A model generated the notes under the pieces. It saw nothing but the letters and a program-made list of their open reading frames with translations, was not told the DNA's origin and did not search any database. From the human T2T-CHM13v2.0 reference genome, Homo sapiens, in NCBI RefSeq assembly GCF_009914755.1, contig NC_060941.1: DNA of 64,000 nucleotides. One strand, written 5' to 3'. Shown here piece by piece: positions 44,738 through 56,541 of the stretch (positions are counted from its first letter, which is position 1; each line of letters opens with the position of its first letter). Both the position numbers and the translations under genes were made by a program.

Positions 44738-46648
44738 GGGGCTGTGAGCGGAAGGGGCTGGAGAGTTCTGGAACGCTTCCCCGAAGGAGGGGGCCCCTGT
44801 GTCACACACAGCACGGAGCTCTGATGCCTTCGTGTGCTCCCGCGGCTGCCAGCCTGGACAGGGCCATGTGCACAGCCTTGGGGCCACCGCCCACTCACAA
44901 GCCCAGGCCTGGGGCTCACACAGGACAGAAAATGGAAGCACAGACACTGTACCGAGACCAAAGGAACCGAAAGGAGAAAAGGGCAAACCCACAATGAAAG
45001 CTGGAGACGCCCTGGTGGTCTGTTAACAGGAGGACGAGTAGACACAAAGCAAATAACGACTCTGAAGATTGAAAACACCTGTGACCATCTGTGGGTTTTT
45101 CAATTTCATGATTGATAATTGATTAGAGCGAGGTAAAATCACTGAGCTATGAAGGACAAACTTTTAAGGAAAAGAAACACGGAGATACGGAACTGATAAC
45201 ATTTCAGTCTTTCATATAGACCAGGCCGGTTTTCACGGTCTTCCCGGGGAGCAGCGCTCCTGAGAATGGAAAAGGAGATGAAAAGCTTTTTCCAGCAGCA
45301 CATGACGCCCGGGCAGGATTGGAGTCCGGCTCTCACCTGGCACCTGGTCCTTGGGTGTCGTGGAGGCAGGCGGGGTGGGGTGGGGGTGGACTCAGCCTCT
45401 TCCTGCTCCTGGGACACAGGAGGGAACCTGGTGCAACCGAAGCCTACACCGCGGGAACCACACACTGAGTTCGGAGCCGGCTAAGAAGTTACCTGCGTGT
45501 AGTTGTAAGCGTCAAACGAGCGGGCACAGAGCAGCCAGCACCCTTGAATCTTACGAACAGTCGGACTGGGTCCCAGAGAGGTGACCCAAAGGGGATGGAG
45601 CTCAGGGGCTCTCAGGCAGTGGCCCCACAATGGCGCTGGGGCTGCTAAGAGATGCCTTAGGATTCAACTCCTCTCCCGTGTGGACAGGAGAGAGTGGCAG
45701 AGACCCAGGTGGGCCCCGTGTACCTGTGTGTTCCCACCCCGCCTGCCACTGACCAGCAAGCAGCCCAGCCCCTTGCCCCATGGGGCGCGTTTCACCGTGG
45801 GTCGAGAGGGTGTCGTGGACCAGCACTCCACGCTCCATGGGCGACTGCCACTGCAGTGCTGTTTCTGCCCCTCGGAGAGTTCTCCTGCCCCTTGGGCCTC
45901 CCTGCCTCCAGTCTGAGCCGGTTCCAGGCTGTCCTCTACGGAGCTGGCAGAAGGTCCCACTTCCACTCTCCTGGTCCTCCCTGGCTCCTCATCAACCCTC
46001 AGCACCAAGCGTGGGCCCCACAGGTTTGGGGAACGCGTGCTGACTGAGGCCGCCCGGGTGGCCGGCGCTGACAAGCTGACCCTGGACACTGTGCGTGACA
46101 ACCACACAGGCCCCCTGAGGTGAAGGACGAGCTTGGCTGAACGCTGGCCGCCTCGAGCAGAGGCCCAGGGCCCAGAGGTGGCTCAGTCTCAGCAGAACAC
46201 AGCTGCCCTCAGGAGCTGCCCGCAAAGCAGCCAGCAGATTCAGGCGGGGCGGAGTCAGGGCGGACTTGGTGCCTCCCCAAGGGGTCAGGCAGAGCTGCGT
46301 CCCCTCGTGAGGGACAGGAGTGAGGCAGGAGGCTGCCAGCTGCCTGTTCCCATCCTGATCATATTTGCGGAGTGAGCTCAGGCTGTAAATGACCCTCTGA
46401 CTGCTTGTGTGTGGGGATCCACCCAGGGTCTAATCAGCACATTCACCCCCCACAGCGGGTGTCCCTGGCCCCACATCAAGGCTGAGGGTGTGGGGGGCCA
46501 CATTCCCTTCCAGTCTGAACTGGACCCTGGGGGTGAGCTGGGTCCCCCCCACAGCTTGGAACAGCGGCAGGAGGCACAGGCAGGCTGGGAACCAGTGTCT
46601 GCACGGCGCAGACAGGCACAGGTGGAAGCAGGCAAAGAACGTGGGGCT

Positions 46649-48800
46649 GGGACAGAGCCCGACTCCATCCTCCCAGGGGCCGGAGGCCACTTATGGGGAA
46701 CCAGGGCCCCAGGACAGAGCCGGACTCCATCCTCCCAGGGACCGGAGGCCACTATGGAGAGTCAGGGCCCCGGGACAGAGCCGGACTCCATCCTCCCAGG
46801 GGCCGGAGGCCACTTATGGGGAACCAGGGCCCCAGGACAGAGCCCGACTCCATCCTCCCAGGGACCAGAGGCCACTATGGAGAGTCAGGGCCCCGGGACA
46901 GAGCCGGACTCCATCCTCCCAGGGGCCGGAGGCCACTTATGGGGAACGAGGGCCCCGGGACAGAGCCGGACTCCATCCTCCCAGGGACCAGAGGCCACTA
47001 TGGAGAGTCAGGGCCCCGGGACAGAGCCGGACTCCATCCTCCCAGGGGCCGGAGGCCACTTATGGGGAACGAGGGCCCCGGGACAGAGCCGGACTCCATC
47101 CTCCCAGGGACCAGAGGCCACTATGGAGAGTCAGGGCCCCGGGACAGAGCCGGACTCCATCCTCCCAGGGACCAGAGGCCACTATGGAGAGTCAGGGCCC
47201 CGGGACAGAGCCGGACTCCATCCTCCCAGGGGCTGGAGGCCACTTATGGGGAACGAGGGCCCCGGGACAGAGCCGAACTCCATCCTCCCAGGGACCAGAG
47301 GCCACTATGGAGAGTCAGGGCCCCGGGACAGAGCCGGACTCCATCCTCCCAGGGACCAGAGGCCACTATGGAGAGTCAGGGCCCCGGGACAGAGCCGGAC
47401 TCCATCCTCCCAGGGACCAGAGGCCACTATGGAGAGTCAGGGCCCCGGGACAGAGCCGGACTCCATCCTCCCAGGGACCAGAGGCCACTATGGAGAGTCA
47501 GGGCCCCGGGACAGAGCCGGACTCCATCCTCCCAGGGACCAGAGGCCACTATGGGGAACGAGGGCCCCGGGACAGAGCCGGACTCCATCCTCCCAGGGGC
47601 CGGAGGCCACTTATGGGGAAACAGGGCCCCAGGACAGAGCCCGACTCCATCCTCCCAGGGGCCGGAGGCCACTTATGGGGAACGAGGGCCCCGGGACAGA
47701 GCCAGACTCCATCCTCCCAGGGACCAGAGGCCACTATGGAGAGTCAGGGCCCCGGGACAGAGCCGGACTCCATCCTCCCAGGGGCTGGAGGCCACTTATG
47801 GGGAACGAGGGCCCCGGGACAGAGCCGGACTCCATCCTCCCAGGGGCTGGAGGCCACTTATGGGGAAACAGGGCCCCAGGACAGAGCCCGACTCCATCCT
47901 CCCAGGGGCCGGAGGCCACTTATGGGGAACGAGGGCCCCGGGACAGAGCCAGACTCCATCCTCCCAGGGACCAGAGGCCACTATGGAGAGTCAGGGCCCC
48001 GGGACAGAGCCGGACTCCATCCTCCCAGGGACCAGAGGCCACTTATGGGGAAACAGGGCCCCAGGACAGAGCCGGATTCCATCCTCCCAGGGGCTGGAGG
48101 CCACTTATGGGGAACGAGGGCCCCGGGACAGAGCCGGACTCCATCCTCCCAGGGACCAGAGGCCACTATGGAGAGTCAGGGCCCCGGGACAGAGCCGGAC
48201 TCCATCCTCCCAGGGACCAGAGGCCACTATGGAGAGTCAGGGCCCCGGGACAGAGCCGGACTCCATCCTCCCAGGGGCCAGAGGCCACTTATGGGGAAAC
48301 AGGGCCCCAGGACAGAGCCCGACTCCATCCTCCCAGGGGCCGGAGGCCACTTATGGGGAACAAGGGCCCCGGGACAGAGCCGGACTCCATCCTCCCAGGG
48401 ACCAGAGGCCACTATGGAGAGTCAGGGCCCCGGGACAGAGCCGGACTCCATCCTCCCAGGGACCAGAGGCCACTATGGAGAGTCAGGGCCCCGGGACAGA
48501 GCCGGACTCCATCCTCCCAGGGACCAGAGGCCACTATGGAGAGTCAGGGCCCCGGGACAGAGCCGGACTCCATCCTCCCAGGGACCAGAGGCCACTATGG
48601 AGAGTCAGGGCCCCGGGACAGAGCCGAACTCCATCCTCCCAGGGACCAGAGGCCACTATGGAGAGTCAGGGCCCCGGGACAGAGCCGGATTCCATCCTCC
48701 CAGGGGCTGGAGGCCACTTATGGGGAACGAGGGCCCCGGGACAGAGCCGAACTCCATCCTCCCAGGGGCCGGAGGCCACCGTCAGGGAGTCAGGGCCCCA
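46649..48800 (+). repeat. 61/62-bp minisatellite, ~35 copies, two main unit variants
   Basis: gggacagagccggactccatcctcccaggg followed by accagaggccactatggagagtcagggcccc or gccggaggccacttatggggaacgagggcccc. Confidence 0.97.
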
Positions 48801-50639
48801 GGTGGCCCCAGGCAGGGAGGCCGGAAGACAGTCCTGCTGACCCGCAGTGCCCACCTCGAAGGCCACGGCAGGGGAGAAACTTAACGTAAGCCAAACGCTG
48901 GCCCACTGAACAAAGGGAGGCAGAGGAACACTGGGAAACGTATTCTCTATTAGAAGGAAAGATCGAGGACACCCATGAACGGAGGCCCGAAAGCAAGAGG
49001 AAAGGGGCTTACAGGCCGCGAAGTCGGAACCTGCGTGAATAAGGACAGCTGCGGCGCCGCCCCGACACGGACCGTGTTTGCATCCGTGACTTTAAAACGG
49101 CTTGAGGATGGAACCCCATGAACAGTAACACCCCCCACCCACCGGAGTATTCAGGAGTGACTGAGGTCGGGTCTGGGGTTGCTTCGAAAGACTCCGGGTG
49201 CTCAGTGTTGGGAGGGGGGTGAGTACCGTTATGTGACAGTGGTCTCTACCCCTTGGTGTACTTAACATTTTCAACAAAAAAAAACTTTTCTTTGTTTAAA
49301 AGCACTCATGGGTATCTGGAACGCAGCTACAGTGGGGAGCGAGCAACGCCCCAATCCTCAGGCTCTCCGGGGGGTCTGGGGTGCAACTCGAAACCCACCG
49401 CTGGTGACTCCCACTTCTGGTCACCGTGAAAGAGCTGGACCACTCTCCCTCCTCAGACAACTAGAAAATCACACAGAATCTGTGAAATGGAGGTGTTCAG
49501 GCACTGGACGCAGGGCAGGACGGTGACGCCCGAGAGGAGAAGCCGGCTGATTCCAGTCTGGGACCGAGGGGGGTGGAACGAGGCCTCAGAACAGCCTCGT
49601 TTTCACGCTGCCCATGTCACACACGAGCATGGAAACGTACGCTCTAGTACTTCCTGCGGTTTCTGTCTTCTCATCACCGGGGTTTGGTGCCCAGCATTTC
49701 CGCTCCATCCCGACCGATGTGCACTCCTGTTTTCCGTTTCCCAAGCTCCTCCTGCCCTGGGGCTTGGCTGGAGGTTCCCACAGGTGGTGGCAGTGGGTGG
49801 TCACCATGCGACCCGGGCCACCTCTGGTTACGTGGAGGGCATCAGGTGTTTTCCGTTGCTCCCCGAGTAATTCCGTAATTTTAAAAAAGCACGTGCTGTT
49901 TGTACCTAAAATCCTTTATTTCTATAAAAACAAGCCACGCGTGGCCTTTCCTTTCCCGGCTCCCAGGGCTGAACTCCCCTGCCTCCTCCTGGGGTCCCTT
50001 CTGCTTCTCCCCCAGGCTGCGAGTCTGTGAGTCCCATCTCACACCTTCCTCAGTTTGCTTCCTAATTTTAGGGACTGGCTCCAGCAAAGCCCCGAGGAAG
50101 GTTTTATCGGAGATGGATATGTTGAATCTGAATATGAAAAGGTTGTTATATCTCTGCACGTGATTGACACTTTGGTGAGGCATAAAATTCTTAGTTCAAA
50201 ATCCTTTCTGTGAGAAATCTGAAACTAGTGTCCTGGTGTCTCCTGGATTCCGCTGCTGTGAGTGAGGAATTCCGGGCTCTTCGATTCCTGCTCCTTGGTG
50301 TTCCTCCCTCTGACTGTGCTTGGGCTCTGAAGCATCCCGACCGTGAACCCGGATGCAGGTCTCATTTCCTGCACGCAACACCAGGTGAGCCCTTCTAATC
50401 AGGTCACTCGTACGTTTTGGTTCTAGGAAATTTTTCTGTATTTTTCTTAGTTAATTTACTTCCTTCTATTTTTTAAAAAATCTGATTTTGCTATGTTGGA
50501 CCAGTTGAAGCTGGGAGTGAAGTTTCTCAGAATGCCCTTCTCAGTACGAATCCAGTTGAGTCTAGAGACAAGGAGGAAGACGCCATTGCTCCCACATGTC
50601 AAGGGCCTGGTGAGTCTTCTCCACAACCCCAGCAATCAG

Positions 50640-52040
50640 CAGCAGCCCCACCCACTTCCCAATAATCCATGGGCCAAAGAGGAAGTCTCAAAAGAAATCT
50701 AAAATGTATTGACCAAAATGAAAATGGAAGTACATTGAAAACCTGTACAATGCGGCTGATGTAGTATGTAAAGGGAAGTTGCTGGCTCTACATGCTTACA
50801 TTAAAAGAGAAGAGAGGTCTGAGGACAAAAAACTCAGCTTCCACATTAGAAAAACCACAAAGGAAGAGCAAAATGACACCCCAAAGCAAGCAGAAAAAAG
50901 AAACAATCAGGCAGAAATGAATGAAATTGAAAACAGAAAAACAATAGAGGAAAGTCAAACCAAGAGCTGGCTCTTTGAAGAGATTAATAAAATAGATAAT
51001 AAACCAAGACTGATAAAAAAGTGAGAGGACCCAAATAACTAATACCTAAAATGAAAGGGGATATTACTACAGGCCTCACAGATACTAAACGCATCACAGA
51101 GAATACTATCAAATAACCCTAAACACACAAACTGGATAATTTAGAGCAAGTGGATCAATTCCTCAAAAATCGCAAGCTGCCAGAGCTGTAAGTTGCATTA
51201 TACCAAGACGAAATAGAGTCTGAACAGTCCTGTAACTTTTAGGTATACGTTTCTGTAAGTTAGCAGTGGACAATTAGAAACCAAAATTAAACACACAGTA
51301 GCATGTATAATTGCCTAAAACAAATACTTAGGTATAAATCTAACAAATGTACAGGACTTGTACACTAAAAACTACAACATGTGAATGAAGGAAATCGAGG
51401 AAAATTTCAGTGGAGGACGGGACAAATAGTGAATTGGAAAACTCTATAGTAAAGATGTCAACTCTATACAAATTGATTTGTAAGTTTAACTCACTTGCTA
51501 TGAAAATCTCAGCTAGATTCTTTGTAAATATAGGCAAGCTGATTCTAAAATTTATATACAGAGGCAGAAATACTAGAATAGCCAAAAACAAGTTAGAGGA
51601 AACACATTAACCAATTTTAAGACCTGGTCATCAAGATGATGTTACTGGTGGAGGGACAGACACACAGGTCAATGGACTAGAACAAAGTCCAGGAACAGAC
51701 AGACCCACACTCTGTGGTCAGATGGTTTTTTGACAAGGCCCAGAAGCAACCAGTGGAAGAAGGATTTTCAGCAAAATCAGTGTAGAAACATGTGGGCATT
51801 CATAAGCCAAAACGAACAAACAAAACCCTTGATTTAAACCTCACACTAACTCAGCCTACAAGGACATAGCTCTAAATGTAAAATGTAAAACTATAAAACT
51901 TTTAGAAGAAAATCCTTATGTCCTAGGGTTAGGTGAAGTAGTCTTGGGTGTTGACACTCAAAGCATATTAAAAAAATACATCAAAAAATATCAATTAATT
52001 GGACTTCATCAAAATTAGAAACTTTTGTTCTGTGAAAAAT
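50640..52040 (+). mobile_element. Old L1M ORF2 fragments
   Basis: Translation ALHAYIKREERS...EIENRKTIEESQTKSWLFEEINKIDNKP is L1 ORF2-like. Confidence 0.85.
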
Positions 52041-52049
52041 TCTACGTGG

Positions 52050-52970
52050 ATGAAAAGGGAAGCCCCCACGTAGAAAAGGCTGTTTTTCCTCTGCTCTCCC
52101 ACCACAATGTGCGGGTCTGTTCTCCATACACCAAGCAAACCATCAGTTCTGGAGTAGACACCAGTCAGGCATCCTCTAACTCAATCCCAACACCATCTAC
52201 CTGGAGACAGCCTCAGACCCCCCCAGGTGAGGGCTCAGTCCCCGTGACCCCTTCTCTTCAACTTCCAATGCCAACTGAAGTCCCAGGCTGTTTGACCCTC
52301 CAGCTATAAATCGGGGTTCCCACAACCTCTTCCTTGGATTCAGTTAATTTTCTAGAGGGACCCACAGAATTCAGGGAAACACTTACTTACACCTACCAGT
52401 TTATTAAAAAGAATGTTATTCAAGGATACAGATGAAGAGATGACGGGGAAAGGTATGGGGGAAGTGGTGTAGACGGTCTAGGTCCTCTTGGGGCCCAACA
52501 CCCTCCAGGACCCTGCATGTGTTCAGCCATCTGGAAGTCCCCGAGGCTCGTCCCTTTGGGTTACTGTACGAGTTCATGATGTAGGTGTGGTTGCGTAGCT
52601 CGTGGGCCATTGCTGATCACCCTAAGCCTCAACCCCTTTCCCTCCCCGGAGGTTTGGGGGTGGGGCTCAAAGTTCCAACCCTCTGAGCACATGGCTGGTT
52701 CCCCTGGCAACCAGCCCCCCTCATCCTGCGGTATCTAGGGGTGTTCCAAAAATGCCTCATTAACATAAACTCAGGTGTGTTTGAAGGAACTTGTAAACAA
52801 AAGACTCTTCCAGCTTTATCTTTCAGAATTTACTTCAGAAACCAAGGACAAAAGGCTCAATACTTTAAAAGATATTCTTATTGCTCTAGTTACTTAGGAA
52901 ATAATTACAGGGGGTCAGAGTCAGGGATCCTGGATAAAACGCCAAATCCATGATCCTAGTTCCAGCCACA
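52050..52970. mobile_element. Solo LTR, MER21-like
   Basis: acaccaagcaa...gacaccag...catctacctggaga...agggctcagtcc...ctataaatcggggttcccacaacc motifs recalled for MER21. Confidence 0.65.
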
Positions 52971-53081
52971 GATCAGGAGGAAATGAGGTAGGCCCTTTAG
53001 CAATACAGGGTTTAGGGTGACCCACTCCCCATGCAGCCGAAAATCCACGTATAACCTTGGACTCCCCCAAAACTTAAGCAC

Positions 53082-53553
53082 TGAGAAACAAAAGTGGCTC
53101 AGAGGAGTCGGCGCCACGCGAGGTATTCACCAGCCCCAGCGGAGCTGCGAGGGTGAGACCTGCATCATGCCTCCCCCGCCGCACCCATGTGGGGCCAACT
53201 GTTTAAAGGCATTTGTCTTCCTTTCCTTCCCTGTTGTTTCCAGGCTGGCTGAAAAATCACAAGAAATGTTACACAAGTTAGACAATGTGACCTTCACCCA
53301 TTATCTTCATGCTCCTGGAATCTGTGATGCAAAGAACCATCTACAGCCAGTCAATAGCTTATGTTATTTTAATGAACCAGTGTGGGAACTTGCCCCTTCT
53401 TTCTTTCTTTCAAACCCACTGTAACTGCTGCTAACTGGAGCATATGTTCGGAGCCACCTGAATCTACGTCCCCCAGGATGCCGTCCTCACACGTGGCCCA
53501 AATAAACCCTCCACATGTACTAACTTTGCCTCAGCATCTTTCTTTAGGTTGAC
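53082..53553 (+). mobile_element. Solo ERV LTR (MER34-like) inserted in Tigger2a
   Basis: TG...CA ends, AATAAA at ~53500, end ctttaggttgaca. Confidence 0.6.
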
Positions 53554-53760
53554 ATGGCTGAGAGCCTACTGTTGACCGGATGCCTTACCAATAACATAAA
53601 CAGGTGATCAACATTGTCCTGTACATTCTGTACGTTTTGTGTATTATATACCGTATTCTTACAATGAAGTAAGCTGGAGAAAAGAAAGTGTTACTAAGAA
53701 AATCATAAGGAAGAGAAAACACATTGACTATTCATTAAATGGAAGTGGATCATCACAAAG

Positions 53761-53998
53761 GCCTCCAACCTTCTCACCTCCGTGGTGATGGGCCGAGCGG
53801 GTGGAGGAGCCTCCATCTTTCTCACCTCCGTGGTGATGGGCCAAGCGGGTGGAGGAGCCTCCATCCTTCTCACCTCCATGGTGATGGGCCAAGCGGGTGG
53901 AGGAGCCTCCATCCTTCTCACCTCTGTGGTGATGGGCCGAGCGGGTGGAGGAGCCTCCATCCTTCTCACCTCTGTGGTGATGGGCCGAGCGGGCCGAG
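53761..53998 (+). repeat. 48-bp minisatellite x5 inside Tigger2a
   Basis: gcctccatccttctcacctccgtggtgatgggccgagcgggtggagga units. Confidence 0.95.
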
Positions 53999-54244
53999 GA
54001 AGGAGGGTTCTTGCTGTCCCGGGTGTCAGTTCATCTGCGACTTTTTTCAAATTGTCATAAATCTCCAAAACATTTTCCAATATATTTATTTTTAAAACTC
54101 GTGTGTAAGTGGACTCCCAGTTCACACTCATGTTATTCAAGGATCAAATGTACTTGCAAGTTTTATCTCCAATGGAGGTCTTATGTCCAGAAGAAAACGC
54201 TCAGATTCAACAACAAAACCAGTAATGTAATTGGAAAATGAGCC

Positions 54245-54503
54245 CACAAAAGGGCCTCACGGAGATCCTCTTCCCTCCCGCCACGTGAATGGGATCAGAG
54301 CCCACGAAAGGGCCTCACAGAGAGCCTTGTCCCTCCCACCACGTGAGGACACGGTGAGAACCAGGAATCAGGCCTCACAGAGACCAAATCTGGTGCCTTG
54401 ATCTGGGACTCCAGCTTCCAAAACGGTGGAAACAGATGTTTGTAGTTTATAAGCCACCCAGTTTATGGTATTTTTGTCCTAGCAGCCTGGACAGACTAGG
54501 ACA
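54245..54503 (+). mobile_element. MaLR (MLT1/MST) LTR 3' part
   Basis: ccaccacgtgaggacac...gccttgatctgggactccagcttcca...ataagccacccagtttatggtatttttgt. Confidence 0.7.
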
Positions 54504-54713
54504 GGTCAGGAGAAAATGTGACTCTAAAGGCAGTTTCTCCGGGTGATGGGACCCTCGATGTCCTGATTGTCGTGTTGATCTGGAAACATGGGGACGTCTC
54601 ACAGAACTCCCTCCACCAAGAATAAGTGAACTGCATGGGGTCTGTGGCTGCCACATCGTATCCACGTGGAGTTTCTGGTTTGGGTCCTTGTTCTCTGGTT
54701 ATATAAGATGTTA

Positions 54714-55133
<420 letters not shown>

Positions 55134-55560
55134 TTAATTGGGTAGACTTTGTCAAAATGACTCTACCATCCTGGGGGGAAGCAGTTTTTCATGCACACTT
55201 CGCCAGAAGCCTGACCTCCACGTGGACTCAGTGTGACACATTCTCAGAGTCCATTTTAAACACTCGGGCACGCGTTAGAGACACACATTCCCAGCCCCAC
55301 ACAGAACCATGAGATCAGAAACTACGAAGAGTGGGTCTCATTTTTCTCACTTCTCATTCCTGCCGACCTGTGGCAGGTGCCGTTCAGATGCTGGGGGAAG
55401 GAAAGGAACAGCTCAGCAATGGTGACAGGATGGGCGCCGCCAGGAACAGTCGCACAGCAGATGCTCCGTGGGGGCAGCGGCTCCCGTTATGCAGCCCTAG
55501 AGCGGGCAGGGGCACCAGGCAGGGCAGGGGCCCCGGGGCGGAGGAGGGTGTCCAAGTGCT

Positions 55561-56541
55561 GAGGACTGAACTGTGTGCCTCAGATTAACGGGTTGAAGCC
55601 CTAACTCCCAATGTGACTGTATTTGGAGATGGGCTTTTAAGGAGGTAGCTAAGGTTACGTGAGTCCCAAAGGTGGGGCCCTGGACTGTTGTCCTTATAAG
55701 AAGAGGAAGAGACACCAGCAGTGAGCACACAGGGAGAGGCCACATGAGCACACAGAAGAGAGGCCATATGATCACGCAGGGGAGAGGCCACGTGAGGACG
55801 TGGGGGAGGGGAGAGGCCACGTGAGCACACAGGAGAGAGGCCATATGATCACGCAGGGGAGAGGCCACGTGAGCACACGGGGGAGAGATCATGTGAGCAC
55901 ATGGGGGAGAGGCCACGTGAGGACGTGGGGGAGGGGAGAGGCCACGTGAGCACACAGAAGAGAGGCCATATGATCACGCAGGGGAGAGGCCACATGAGGA
56001 CGTGGGGGAGGGGAGAGGCCACGTGAGCACACAGGAGGCCATATGATCACGCAGGGGAGAGGCCACGTGAGCACACGGGGGAGAGGCCATGTGAGGATGT
56101 GGGGGAGAGGCCACGTGAGCACACGGGGAGAGGCCACAGAAGGACGCAGGGAGAGGCCACGTGATTATGCAGGGGAGAGGCCATGTGAGCACACAGGGAG
56201 AGGCCACAGGAGGACGCAGGGAGAGGCCACAGGAGGATGCAGGGAGAGACCACGTGATTATGCAGGGGAGAGGCCACAGGAGGACGCAGGGAGAGGCCAC
56301 AGGAGGATGCAGGGAGAGACCACGTGATTATGCAGGGGAGAGGCCATGTGAGCACACAGGGAGAGGCTACAGGGTCGTGCAGGGAAAGGGTGCCATCTGC
56401 AAGCCACAGAGAGGCATGAGGAGGAACCCACCCTGCCAGCAGCCTGAGCTTGGACCTCCAGACCCAAGAACTTTAAGAACACAAATGTCTGTTGTTTAAG
56501 CTGCCCTGTCTGTAGTGTTCCTTTATGGGGGCCTGAGCTGG
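55561..56541 (+). mobile_element. MLT1 (MaLR) LTR with an internal minisatellite expansion at ~55721-56368
   Basis: 5' part gttgaagccctaactcccaatgtgactgtatttggagatggg...ccttataagaagaggaagagacacca; 3' part gccatctgcaagcca...ctgttgtttaagc. Confidence 0.8.

Larger units (their letters stand above)
52990..54152. mobile_element. Tigger2a-like DNA transposon interrupted by an LTR and a VNTR
   Basis: gaaaatccacgtataaccttggactcccccaaaactta; agcctactgttgaccggatgccttaccaataacataaacag; end gtaagtggactcccagttcacactcatgttattcaaggatcaaatgta. Confidence 0.75.

Noticed and set aside
46409-48889. 826/798/715-aa ORFs as annotated protein-coding genes
   Set aside because: They are entirely tandem-repeat translation with no splice, promoter or homology support; kept only as a speculative finding
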